Of a stretch of DNA of 64,000 nt, positions 9,581-18,761 are shown piece by piece. A program made the translations under genes and the position numbers. A model generated the notes under the pieces. That model was not told where the DNA came from. It worked only from the letters and a program-made list of their open reading frames with translations, and made no database searches. Within the stretch, counting starts at the first letter, position 1. Every line of letters starts with the position of its first letter. The DNA comes from an uncultured Dehalococcoidia bacterium (GTDB lineage Bacteria > Chloroflexota > Dehalococcoidia > Lucifugimonadales > UBA1123): NCBI GenBank assembly GCA_964640295.1, contig CAZXFX010000008.1, positions 3,153-67,152 of the forward strand, read 5' to 3'.

Positions 9581-11380
9581 ATGCCAAATTTCACCACGCG
9601 ACCGGTAGTAATGAGCGCCAGGGGCGTAGTCACATCCGGACACTATCTCGTCTCCTCAGTCGGATTGCAGATGCTGGCGCGCGGCGGAAACGCGATAGAC
9701 GCCGCAGCCGCTATGGGCATCTGCGAAACTCTTCTCGAACCGCAGTCCTGCGGCATCGGCGGCGAAGTCCCGACACTCATCTACTCCGCGAAAGAGCGCA
9801 AGACCTACGCGATTTCCGGCATGGGCTGGTCGCCAAAGGCGTTCACCATTGACTGGTGCCGCGAGAACGGCATAGACCTCATTCCCGGCGACGGCTATCT
9901 GCCCGCCTGCGTTCCGGCCGTCGTCGGAACATGGACGACCGCGCTCGCCCGATTCGGCACGATGAGCTTCGCCGAGATAGTCCAGCCCACTATCGCCATG
10001 GCCGAGAACGGCTTCCCCGTTTACGAACGCCTCGCCCAAACCCTCGCGGACAGCTACGCCAAGTTCACCGAACTCTACCCCACGACCGGCGAGATATACT
10101 ACGCCAATGGCGGCGTCCCCGAAATAGGCGAACTCGTCCGAAACCCGGACTTCGGCGCGATGCTGCGCTCGCTTTGCGACGCCGAGAAGCGGACGAGCGG
10201 CGGGGGGCGCGTCGCCGGAATCGAAGCCGCCAGAGACGAATACTACAAGGGAGGCGTCGCCGAGAAGATCGTCCAGTTCATCAGCGACAACCCTGTCGAG
10301 GACGCCAGCGGGCTCGCCCACACTGGCCTGCTGACGCTCGATGACCTCGCCGAGTGGAACGCGGTCGTCGAGCCGCCCGTCTCCATCGAATACAAGGGAA
10401 TGGACGTCCACAAATGCTCTTCATGGACGCAGGGCCCCACCTTCTTGCAGCATCTCGCGGTGCTGGGCGCGATGAACGCGCCCGCGCTCGGACACAACAC
10501 CGCCGACTATCTGCACGGCTGGATAGAATCATCCAAGCTCGCCTTCGCAGACCGTGAAGCGTACTACGGCGACCCCGATTTCGACGATGTTCCCCTGGAC
10601 GAACTTCTCTCCTACCGGTACGCCGAGACGCGGGCGTCCCAGATAGGCGAACGCGCCTCGTTCGAACTGCGACCCGGAGACCTGGGCGGCGGGGCGCCGG
10701 CCTACACATCCGTCAGCGTGGCGGAGGACAACCGCGCCGCGCTCGGAGTGGAGGCGCGAGCGATACGCGACCTGGGCCTGGGACACGCGCACATCGGCGA
10801 CACCACGCACCTCGACGCCATGGACGCGGAAGGCAACATGGTCGCCGCGACGCCGAGCGGCGGCTGGCTCGGCACTTCGCCCGTGATAAAGGGGCTCGGA
10901 TTCCCGCTCGGCACTCGCGGCCAGATGTTCTACCTGAACCCCGACCGTCCCAACGCGCTCCAGCCGCGCAAGCGTCCCCGCGCCACGCTGACTCCCACCA
11001 TCGTCACCCGCGACGGCTCTCCCTTCATGGCGTTCGGCACGCCGGGCGGCGACTCGCAGGAGCAGTGGACCATCCAGTTCTTCATGAATCACGTAGATTT
11101 CGGAATGAACCTGCAGGAGGCGCTGGACGCGCCCACCGTGCATTCCACGCACTTCCCGTCGTCGTTCTACCCGCGCGCCGCGTTCCCCGCTCGCGTCGTC
11201 GCCGAATCGCGCATTTCGGCGGACGCAATCGAGGAGCTAAAACGGCGCGGCCATGAAGTCGAGTTGACCGACGCCTGGGCAAACGGCAAAGTAATGGGCA
11301 TCCGCTGGCACGAGGAAAAAGGAGTAATAGCCGGCGCCGCTTCCGCCAAGAACAACATAGGCTACGCAATGGCACTGTAG
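9581..11380 (+). CDS. ggt: Gamma-glutamyltransferase family protein
   Basis: Autoprocessing/nucleophile region GDTTHLDAMDAEGNMVAATPSGG, followed by TPGGDSQEQW. I chose the start at MPNFTT after a GGGAGGA RBS. The longer ORF from 9395 would run through repeat copy A. Confidence 0.85.
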   Translation: MPNFTTRPVVMSARGVVTSGHYLVSSVGLQMLARGGNAIDAAAAMGICETLLEPQSCGIGGEVPTLIYSAKERKTYAISGMGWSPKAFTIDWCRENGIDLIPGDGYLPACVPAVVGTWTTALARFGTMSFAEIVQPTIAMAENGFPVYERLAQTLADSYAKFTELYPTTGEIYYANGGVPEIGELVRNPDFGAMLRSLCDAEKRTSGGGRVAGIEAARDEYYKGGVAEKIVQFISDNPVEDASGLAHTGLLTLDDLAEWNAVVEPPVSIEYKGMDVHKCSSWTQGPTFLQHLAVLGAMNAPALGHNTADYLHGWIESSKLAFADREAYYGDPDFDDVPLDELLSYRYAETRASQIGERASFELRPGDLGGGAPAYTSVSVAEDNRAALGVEARAIRDLGLGHAHIGDTTHLDAMDAEGNMVAATPSGGWLGTSPVIKGLGFPLGTRGQMFYLNPDRPNALQPRKRPRATLTPTIVTRDGSPFMAFGTPGGDSQEQWTIQFFMNHVDFGMNLQEALDAPTVHSTHFPSSFYPRAAFPARVVAESRISADAIEELKRRGHEVELTDAWANGKVMGIRWHEEKGVIAGAASAKNNIGYAMAL

Positions 11381-11442
11381 CGGGACGTCCGCTTGAGAGT
11401 CAGATTGGGACTTCCTTCAACTCGCCGGGGCGTATCTTATCG

Positions 11443-11544
11443 AGCGCCCCGCGAATAGCGGATATTCGCAGCAGTATATATCAGGTGGTCGCCAAGATGC
11501 CGTCTCAGAGGCGCAGGCGTTCCTTGATCGAACAGTATCTTCAC
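11443..11544 (-). pseudogene. Truncated DUF5615-like (PIN-like, Mut7-C type) toxin remnant downstream of DUF433
   Basis: A GTG overlaps the DUF433 stop as GTGA. The translation is VKILFDQGTPAPLRRHLGDHLIYTAANIRYSRGAR-stop, 33 codons. Only the N-terminal approx 20 residues resemble the family; full-length members are about 110 aa. Confidence 0.4.
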
Positions 11545-11768
11545 AGTCCTGCCGGCGCTTTGAGCGCTTTCGCCTCATGTTCCAGAACAGCCCTCACCTT
11601 CCACTCATCCACACTTGGGAACCATTCCAAGAACTGTTCCACTGTAGCGCCGCTCCCCAGGTTTTCAAACAGGGCCGCCACCGGCACTCTCGTTCCTGTG
11701 AATGTCCAGACGCCACCGAGCTTCCCCGGCCGCCGCTCCACTGCCAAGTACGTATGCCAGTCCGTCAT
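11541..11768 (-). CDS. DUF433 domain protein (antitoxin-like HTH partner of DUF5615)
   Basis: PGKLGGVWTFTGTRVPVAALFENLGSGATVEQFLEWFP matches the DUF433 core pattern G-P-x-GTR-V. Confidence 0.7.
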   Translation of the reverse strand: MTDWHTYLAVERRPGKLGGVWTFTGTRVPVAALFENLGSGATVEQFLEWFPSVDEWKVRAVLEHEAKALKAPAGL

Positions 11769-11829
11769 ATCATCGCCTCAATTCTAATGCTATTTGACGT
11801 TTGTGGCCCGCCAGTGAAGAGAAACGAAG

Positions 11830-13056
11830 TCACGCCGCCCGACGGGTACTCAAAGCCTCGTCGCGCAATGCCCTTATTCTATCAGCCAAATCGCCGATGC
11901 GGGCAAGAACCTCATCCAGCGTCCCCGACAAATCCAGGGCGGCGACCTCCAGTCGCTTGCCTGAATGCCTAACGTGATAGATTCTCTCATCGGACTCTCC
12001 CTTTGCGTAGATAAGCAGACCGCCCGGCAGATCGAGCGCGGTGGCATAGGCAAGCAACTGGTAGAGATCGGCGTTGGGAACGTGGCTATGAGGTATGCGC
12101 TTGTACTTCGCGTCACCTACAAATCTGCAAACACGACCCTCCCACCATGATAAGTCTGGCCTGAGTTTAATCTGACGTGTCTCGTCGAGATAGATGGAGT
12201 GAGGCAGATTCTTGTCGGAGCGTAGCGCGCGACCGGAAACGCCCAGCGCTTCCCTGAGCGCCTGGGTTACGAACTCTTGGAAGACGTTGTTCATGTTCAT
12301 CAGGAATCCCGACGCCCGAATCCTGCCCCTGCCCGACTCGAACGCGCTGTGCCTGAGTATGAGGCGCGACAGACCTACTACGCCTCGATAATGTTCGTTC
12401 AGGCGGTTGAATGTCACATTCGGGGCGCCTGTCCGAGAAAATTCCATCAGCGATACGTTCTCAAGCGAGCCGGCGACCCACCCCAGACCCTTGCGCGCAT
12501 CCTGAGAGCGCAGGCGCATTCCGGCAAGTCGAATCGCCGCCGCCTTCACGAGTCGGTTCGCTAGAATATCCTCGGTGAATTCGTCATACTCCACCTCTAT
12601 CGGCAGCGGGACGCCAAACCTGCGCCGTATCTGCTCATCGAACCTGATTCGCCCGCGAATGCCATACAGCGCTTCCTGCTCAGATCGGTATCCGTGCAGA
12701 AGCCCGCGAGAGAACGCCCTTCGCGCCGCGGTCACAAGAGCCAGCGCCAAAACATCCGGCAGAGCGTATTCAGGAGGATAGTCGAACATTTCGCGCTGCG
12801 GCTTGAACTTGCTCGTTGCGTAGCAGGCAAGCGATAGCAATTGAGGAACGCCTATCTTGGGCTCTATGAACACAGACAAGTCGCCAATCTCGATTGCGCC
12901 GACTGTCGCCCCCGGCGTCAAGCGATACAGGTTCAACTCGCCCTCGCAGGGTTCGACTCCAACAGACGAAATCGTCGCCCGAAGCGCGTCGCGCTCTGCA
13001 ACAGAGAGGCGGTACTCTCTGGAATCGTATTCTTTCAGGTCAATCGGGCGCATCAT
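11830..13056 (-). CDS. mcrC: McrBC restriction system, McrC endonuclease subunit
   Basis: 408 aa. PD-(D/E)xK-type region LRPDLSWWEGRVCRFVGDAKYKR. The start ATGATG overlaps the mcrB stop, and it lies directly downstream of an McrB-type AAA+ gene. Confidence 0.85.
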   Translation of the reverse strand: MMRPIDLKEYDSREYRLSVAERDALRATISSVGVEPCEGELNLYRLTPGATVGAIEIGDLSVFIEPKIGVPQLLSLACYATSKFKPQREMFDYPPEYALPDVLALALVTAARRAFSRGLLHGYRSEQEALYGIRGRIRFDEQIRRRFGVPLPIEVEYDEFTEDILANRLVKAAAIRLAGMRLRSQDARKGLGWVAGSLENVSLMEFSRTGAPNVTFNRLNEHYRGVVGLSRLILRHSAFESGRGRIRASGFLMNMNNVFQEFVTQALREALGVSGRALRSDKNLPHSIYLDETRQIKLRPDLSWWEGRVCRFVGDAKYKRIPHSHVPNADLYQLLAYATALDLPGGLLIYAKGESDERIYHVRHSGKRLEVAALDLSGTLDEVLARIGDLADRIRALRDEALSTRRAA

Positions 13057-14876
13057 TCTTCGCCATCAGAAAAAACTTCCGCGCTGTTGTCATCCTGCGC
13101 CTCAGCTTCACCATCCGTGTCGCCCGATTCTGACTCACTGGACTGATTAGCCTCTCCACGCAGCTTATCAAGATCGAACTCGCCAAGCCGCTCCTCTTCA
13201 CCAAACAGCCGCTCCTCGATATACGGCAGGACGCCACGCTCCCACGCGCGACGGACAGCCGTTTTATCGAGTCCGGACTTCATGAAGTAGCTCGGCCCTA
13301 TGGCGGCGTGTCTGTCATTCAATGATACGTTCGCCCGGTCAACTACGTCAGCCACCCATTCCATGTCGGGAGCGTTCTTCTTCAACCATCGCCTGAGCAA
13401 ACCCTTGATCGGTTCTGTTTCGGGGCTATACTCCACGAAGTAGAATCGGCGGCGCAACGCCAGATCAACCAGTGCAATGGAACGGTCCGCCGTGTTCATC
13501 GTCCCGATGATGTAAAGGTTGTCCGGCAGCGAGAACGACTCATCCGAGTACTGAAGGTTGATTGCATGGCCGCGGTATTCCAGCAGAAAGTACAATTCCC
13601 CAAACACTTTGGCGAGGTTGCCGCGGTTTATCTCGTCTATGATGAGATAGTAGTTCTGTTCACTATGCTCTCGCGCCCTGTTCGCCATTCGCGTCAGCGG
13701 CCCGTCCCTCAATTCGAAGTCCGCCTGCCTGTCTTTCAGAATGGGACGGAAACCCTGCACGAAGTCCTCGTATGCGTATGACGGATGAAACTGAACCAGC
13801 TCGACCCGCTCTTCCGCTCCGGATAGGCATTCGGCGAGCCTCTGCGCGACGAACGTCTTCCCCGTGCCGGGCGGCCCCTGGAAGATGACCTGCCTCTTGT
13901 CCTCAAGCAGCGATTTGATTTCCTCAAGGAACTCTACCGGGAGCGTTAGTTTCTCCGCCAAAGATTCCAAATTATCAGCGCAGGGGGGTGTCATTGTACA
14001 AGTATTTTTAATTTTCTCTAATCTTGAATAAAAATCGTTTAATAGGGCTTCCTTCGGTGGGTTCGATGGCTTCCATACTTCTTGGATACTGTCGTGATAC
14101 AAGTTGACTCCAGGCCAGTACATTTTATCAATAGTTGGACGAATCTTATAAAGCGCCATATCAACATTGTCTTCGTCTGCTATCTGCGTCAGGCACAGTT
14201 CAGGACCTAACGCTTCAGCCATTTTCTCTTTAACCGCGGAAACTAAGGTTGACTCGAAGGTATCAGGAAAGACAAGGTGAAGCAGGGCGTTGCGTTGAGC
14301 TCCCATTTTACCCTCATTGCCTATAAGCAAGGGACTTTGTAAGGGCGCCATCACCAACTTCCTGAACGCCCAAGGATCCTCAAGCAAGTGGTTTTGTTCA
14401 CTCGCGCTCTTGGACTTCCACTGCTCAACGAACTCAATGAGAAAGCCAACATTGAATTTCATAAAAGCAACGCCAGCCCCTAATGAAGCTATACCTTGCG
14501 TCAAACTATCGGCTAGACATTCGGGAATCGCTACGTCTTGTTCTGACCATTTGAGTATCTGATTGATATTGTCTTCTTTCTTTTCTCTCTTTGCATCGAA
14601 GACAATGAGATAATAGACATACAGAACTTCAGCCATCAGTTGATAGACTTCAGGCTGACCCCCTTTCAACTGTCCCTCTAGCTTTCCCATAAAGCCATCC
14701 CCTGGCGCATCAGGATTATCCAAGACCCTATCGCGCAGTTCCCCCAGCCATTTCTTTGACCAGATAGCCTTCCCCGGCGTAAAGAGATAATCATCCGATT
14801 TGAGAGCTCGCTCCACCCACAGTTCAGCCGTTTCATACACTTTATCAACGCCAATACCTTCATGCCTGCTGCTCAT
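13053..14876 (-). CDS. mcrB: McrBC restriction system, McrB GTPase (AAA+) subunit with a roughly 300-aa N-terminal domain
   Basis: Walker A FQGPPGTGKTF. McrB signature IIDEINRGNLAKVFGELYFLLEYR and GTMNTADRS. A strong GGAGGTGA RBS is present. The N-terminal-domain DNA (about 13950-14880) is visibly AT-rich relative to the AAA+ part. Confidence 0.9.
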   Translation of the reverse strand: MSSRHEGIGVDKVYETAELWVERALKSDDYLFTPGKAIWSKKWLGELRDRVLDNPDAPGDGFMGKLEGQLKGGQPEVYQLMAEVLYVYYLIVFDAKREKKEDNINQILKWSEQDVAIPECLADSLTQGIASLGAGVAFMKFNVGFLIEFVEQWKSKSASEQNHLLEDPWAFRKLVMAPLQSPLLIGNEGKMGAQRNALLHLVFPDTFESTLVSAVKEKMAEALGPELCLTQIADEDNVDMALYKIRPTIDKMYWPGVNLYHDSIQEVWKPSNPPKEALLNDFYSRLEKIKNTCTMTPPCADNLESLAEKLTLPVEFLEEIKSLLEDKRQVIFQGPPGTGKTFVAQRLAECLSGAEERVELVQFHPSYAYEDFVQGFRPILKDRQADFELRDGPLTRMANRAREHSEQNYYLIIDEINRGNLAKVFGELYFLLEYRGHAINLQYSDESFSLPDNLYIIGTMNTADRSIALVDLALRRRFYFVEYSPETEPIKGLLRRWLKKNAPDMEWVADVVDRANVSLNDRHAAIGPSYFMKSGLDKTAVRRAWERGVLPYIEERLFGEEERLGEFDLDKLRGEANQSSESESGDTDGEAEAQDDNSAEVFSDGEE

Positions 14877-14932
14877 AGTTCACCTCCGTGCGCCATACTC
14901 GGCTGTTCCCAAATCTACCGCAGACCATTTCA

Positions 14933-15229
14933 CTAAGTAAAAGCTTCAACGTCTGAGGCTAACTCCGTCCGCGCGAGTCCGCTTCTGCGTCTCATTTCGC
15001 CACGCTTGCATTCGCAGTGGCATATCCTTGCCCACGCCAAAGGATTGCTCAATGCGCGCGCCATCTCTGGCGATAGCTCGGCGCCGTCGTTTAGCAGGTC
15101 TGAAAGCGGCTGTTCTGGAACGCCCAAAATATGAGCCGCATCTTTCAGGCTCAGCCCCTGTTCCTCGATGATCTCCACGCGGATGAAGTCCCCCGGATGG
15201 GGAGGCGTCATGTTCACTTCAATAGCCAT
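14933..15229 (-). CDS. higA: HigA-family HTH (XRE) antitoxin-like protein; possibly frameshifted in its C-terminal third
   Basis: PPHPGDFIRVEIIEEQGLSLKDAAHILGV...LSPEMA matches the HigA/VapI N-terminus and HTH. After ...ARALS the frame no longer resembles the family, whereas another frame reads QSFGVGKDMPLRMQAW, which fits the family pattern FG......L.MQ.aW. Confidence 0.6.
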   Translation of the reverse strand: MAIEVNMTPPHPGDFIRVEIIEEQGLSLKDAAHILGVPEQPLSDLLNDGAELSPEMARALSNPLAWARICHCECKRGEMRRRSGLARTELASDVEAFT

Positions 15230-15430
15230 CAGTGATAATTCTCCAAATTCAAGCGGTCAATTCGCATGGTATATAGGATACAAGGGTTCTTGGCGCAATT
15301 TTACATAGACATCAGGGCAGACCGCTTCATTCAAAAAAACCCCGCCGACTCCGGCGTTGGCCGGAACCGGCGGGGTCTCGCGCGTCGCCGCGCAAAGAGC
15401 CGCCCGGCGAATTGCCAGGTTGCCCTTATC

Positions 15431-16867
15431 TTACCATCGCATCTTGGTTCGCGCAGGTCCATTGACTACCGTGTAGTCGGCGCCGGGGGCGATAGTCGCT
15501 ACGACAGTTCCCCGTTGCGCTCGATTGTCGCTGTCACTGCCGGCGGGAGCGCCCTCTACAGCCACCGAGAAGCGCGCGGCAATGTGCATCGCAAGCAACG
15601 TAATATCGCGCGAGGATTCCGTGACGCAATTGGGGCTCGAAGTCCCGCACTCTCCCTCATTGACGAAATTCACGGTGAAGGTTCGATCTACTGGCGACGG
15701 ACTATTGACAAAGATGACGTATCTAATCCATTTCTTGCACCAGTCCCCAGAACATGATGAACTCCGCGTTACCACCGACGGCAGGCCCTCGATACGCGCT
15801 TCCTTCGCCGGAGCTTTGGCAGTGTCATTGTCGCTGGCCACCAGCGTGGCTGACGCGGAGGCGCCCACTTCATACCCTCGACCCTTGTTTACCGTGGCCT
15901 TGACGTCGTAGCTACCGCGCCACGTGTAGGCGTCGTTGTCCGTAGTCCTATGGGTGTAAGTGACCGACCGCGCGCCGGCCGGTATCCTGACGCTGTCCCG
16001 TTTCATAGCCGGGATGCGGTCAAGGCCCCGATGGTTGGTGCCATCGGAGATGGTAAGCTGAACGTTGAGGCCGCCCGCCGGAGCGTCCACGGAGGACTCC
16101 ACCCTGAACGTGGCGGTCTCGCCTTCCACAATGTCAGGCCCGGCGGTCACCCCAACGACCGGAACCGCTGGCGGCGCGGGGGTGGGCGTGAGTGTCGGCA
16201 GCGGCGTCGGCGTCGCCTCCGGATCAGGCGTCGGCTCCGGTATGGGCGTGAGCGTTGGCGTCGGAGTGGGAGTAGGCGGCTCGTTGCCCGGCACGTTGCG
16301 AACGATGACGGCCGCGCGGTCGTCGTCGCCAACCCGGTAGCTCACGCCATGGCCCACCCTGGCTTCGATTCGCCCATTGGGGGTCCTGGCGCTGGCGACA
16401 ATTTGCGTGGGCGCGCTGAAAGTGACGGAGCTCTGCCCCTCAGGAATGGTTACGTATCGGTTAGCGCGATCGGCGTCGGACAGATAACCCCGCCCGCCCA
16501 AATCCGTGAGAATGCCAGTTTTGGTGTCGAACGAAGTGGCGTAGTCAATGCTGACCGTTACCATCAGGTCCGACTCGACCGCCCGGTCGGATGTCAACTG
16601 GAACTCGATATCTTCCCCCTCGTTGTAAGCGGGATTGACCAGCCGCATCCCAATCACAGGCAAAGTCTCAGGATCCGGAGCGGGCGTGGGAGTCGGGTCG
16701 AGCTCGCCGTCATTGTCCTCTACCCAGACGCTGCTGTAATAGCCGTCGCCGCCATAGCCGTTTCCAGGCCGTATCAGCGCGATGACGCGTCCCTTGGGTT
16801 CGTCAACGGAGTCGTCAACCGTGTCAATCGAGAAGGTCGCCTCGGTCGTGCCCGCGCTGGAGATCAT
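15431..16867 (-). pseudogene. 5-prime-truncated fragment of a Calx-beta-like repeat surface protein
   Basis: Repeated modules end in patterns such as ATFSIDTVDDSVDEPKG, RAAVIVRNV and ATLVASDND, separated by PTPTPTP linkers. Plausible coding begins mid-domain at MISSAGTTEATFSID with no signal peptide. The first roughly 100 codons of the 15431..17167 ORF are antisense to the neighbouring plus-strand gene. Confidence 0.55.
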
Positions 16868-16883
16868 CCGGCATTCCAGCGCG

Positions 16884-18725
16884 ATGGTCGCGGCGGATCT
16901 GCCCAACTCGGCAACTGAGATCAGGCAGTACGCGGCAATGGTGAACCGGCGGGAAGCCGCGCTGAACGCGCAGCTAGCCATCCTGGACAGAAGCGGCCAC
17001 GACGACAGGGCCGCCCAGATCCGGTTTCTGGTCAAGGCTCTGACGCTCAACGCGAATGCCATCCACCTGGGAAGGCCTGCCTTGCTCCAGGCGGAGGCGG
17101 CGGAGCGCGCTACCATTGCGGCGCTGTCGCAAGCTAACCGCGGCCATTTATTCCCCAACGCCGACACCGACGCGGACGAACAGTTTTACAGCCTGGTATC
17201 CAGCGTTGGGGGCGCGTCCACAGTCTCCCGCGCGGACGTATTGCGCTACTCACACTTGACCAGCCTGGCGTCGAGCGTGAAGTTGGCGCACGCTCTGCTG
17301 GAGCTCGCCGGCTTCACGCAGCAGCCGTCTTTCGTCGCGCGCATCAGGGAGCCCTACGACTCGGCTGCCAACACGCTGGACCGGGACATCGAGTATCTTG
17401 AGACTCTCGGCAACCCCGAATTGCAGCGCGATGTGCTGGGTTACGCCAAGGCGGCGCGCGCCGCCGGAACCGGCAATAATAACTACTTCGACCACCTGAA
17501 CCTCCGGCTGCAACTGGTTGAAACCGAAAACGCGCAGGTGGCGGAGAACAAGGAGAACCTGGCCCGACTGCGTGATGAAGTCGGCAGTCTCGCCGCCGAA
17601 GCGATGGGAAGGGAACCCCCAATTCCCGAAACCGCGCCCTGGACGTTTGTAGCCAACCCCGGCGTCACCGCGGACGCCATCCTGTTCGGTCAATCCGCCG
17701 ATTTCTCCGGCAGTTCCCGGGAACTGGGCGAAGGAATGCGCCTGGGCATCCTGACCGCGTTCCACGAGGTCGGCAGAGTTCACGGCCGCGAGCTGCAGCT
17801 AACTCACTACGACGATGGCTATGAGCCGGACCGCGCCTTTGTCAACACCCGCCAGCTAATTGACCAGGACCAGGTATTTGCCCTGATCGGCCCCGTGGGA
17901 ACGCCCACATCCCGGGCCGCGGCGCCCTTGGCCCACGCGGCGGGAGTTCCCTTCATCGCTCCTTTCACCGGCGCCGCGCTGCTGCGGGATCCCGAGCTGA
18001 CCAACATCCTCAACCTGCGCGCCTCATACCACCAGGAAACCGAGCTCATGGTAGACTATCTTGAAGGCCGGGGCATCTCCCGCGTGGCCGTCCTCTACCA
18101 GAACGATTCCTATGGCGTAGATGGACTGGAAGGCGTAAAGCGAGCGTTGACCGACCAGAACATGGAGTTGACCGCTTCCTGGTACTATCGCAGGAACACG
18201 ACGGCGGTTCGCTCGGCGGCGTTCCGCATCGCCGCCGCCGAGCCGCAGGCAGTGATCATCATCGGCGCCGCGGAACCGGCGGCCCGGGCCATTGAATTGC
18301 TGCGCGAGAAACTGGGCTCAGACACCATCTTCATGAACGTATCCTTCGTGGGCAGCGGCGCGCTGGCGGACGAGCTCGGCGCGGCGGGGCAAGGCGTATT
18401 CATGACGCAGGTAGTTCCATTGCCATCCGACAACGACAACTTCCTCGTTGGACAGTACCGCGCCGCGCTGCGCGCTTACGATCCAGAGGCTCAGCCCGGG
18501 TTCATTTCGCTGGAGGGCTACCTCGCGGGACGCCTGGCCATCGCGGGTCTCGACGATTGCGGCGCGGATGTCAGCAGGGAGTGCTTCCTGAACGCCATTC
18601 GCAACGCCGGAACCATCGACTGGAATGGCTTTGAGATGACCTTCGGCGCCGGCGACAACCAGGGATCCGACGCCGTGTTCCTGACCCAACTCGACGCGGA
18701 TGGACAGTACCAACCGGTTCCATAG
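16884..18725 (+). CDS. Type-1 periplasmic binding protein (LivK/branched-chain amino-acid-binding-like) with a roughly 270-aa N-terminal helical extension; orphan
   Basis: The C-terminal 350 aa reads LFGQSADFSGSSRELGEGMRLGILTAFHEVG...VFALIGPVGTPTSRAAAPLAHAAGVPFIAPFTGA, which is a PBP1 fold pattern. No signal peptide is evident, and no permease or ATPase genes are adjacent. The start is uncertain (ATG at 16884 or 16938). Confidence 0.65.
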   Translation: MVAADLPNSATEIRQYAAMVNRREAALNAQLAILDRSGHDDRAAQIRFLVKALTLNANAIHLGRPALLQAEAAERATIAALSQANRGHLFPNADTDADEQFYSLVSSVGGASTVSRADVLRYSHLTSLASSVKLAHALLELAGFTQQPSFVARIREPYDSAANTLDRDIEYLETLGNPELQRDVLGYAKAARAAGTGNNNYFDHLNLRLQLVETENAQVAENKENLARLRDEVGSLAAEAMGREPPIPETAPWTFVANPGVTADAILFGQSADFSGSSRELGEGMRLGILTAFHEVGRVHGRELQLTHYDDGYEPDRAFVNTRQLIDQDQVFALIGPVGTPTSRAAAPLAHAAGVPFIAPFTGAALLRDPELTNILNLRASYHQETELMVDYLEGRGISRVAVLYQNDSYGVDGLEGVKRALTDQNMELTASWYYRRNTTAVRSAAFRIAAAEPQAVIIIGAAEPAARAIELLREKLGSDTIFMNVSFVGSGALADELGAAGQGVFMTQVVPLPSDNDNFLVGQYRAALRAYDPEAQPGFISLEGYLAGRLAIAGLDDCGADVSRECFLNAIRNAGTIDWNGFEMTFGAGDNQGSDAVFLTQLDADGQYQPVP

Positions 18726-18761
18726 TAGCGCCGATTGGCATGACCGCGGGCTCGGCTCGCG

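Noticed and set aside
9337-9633. ORF 9337..9633 (-) and the 5-prime extension of the ggt ORF from 9395.
   Set aside because: Both run through repeat copy A and the divergent promoter region. The ggt start at 9581 has a good RBS and matches the family N-terminus.
16150-16290. PT-rich and GV-rich low-complexity DNA (PTPTPTP linkers, also at 20040-20080, 55900-55960, 56330-56400 and 57050-57140), considered as tandem repeats or minisatellites.
   Set aside because: These are interdomain Pro/Thr linkers of secreted multidomain proteins. The repeats are imperfect at the DNA level and are explained by their coding function.
16868-17167. N-terminal 100 codons of ORF 15431..17167 (MSALGNKWPRLACDS...).
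   Set aside because: This stretch is antisense to the better-supported plus-strand gene starting at 16884. Its low-complexity Ala/Ser/Arg composition is unlike the repeat modules that follow. The recognisable domain sequence begins only at about 16867.
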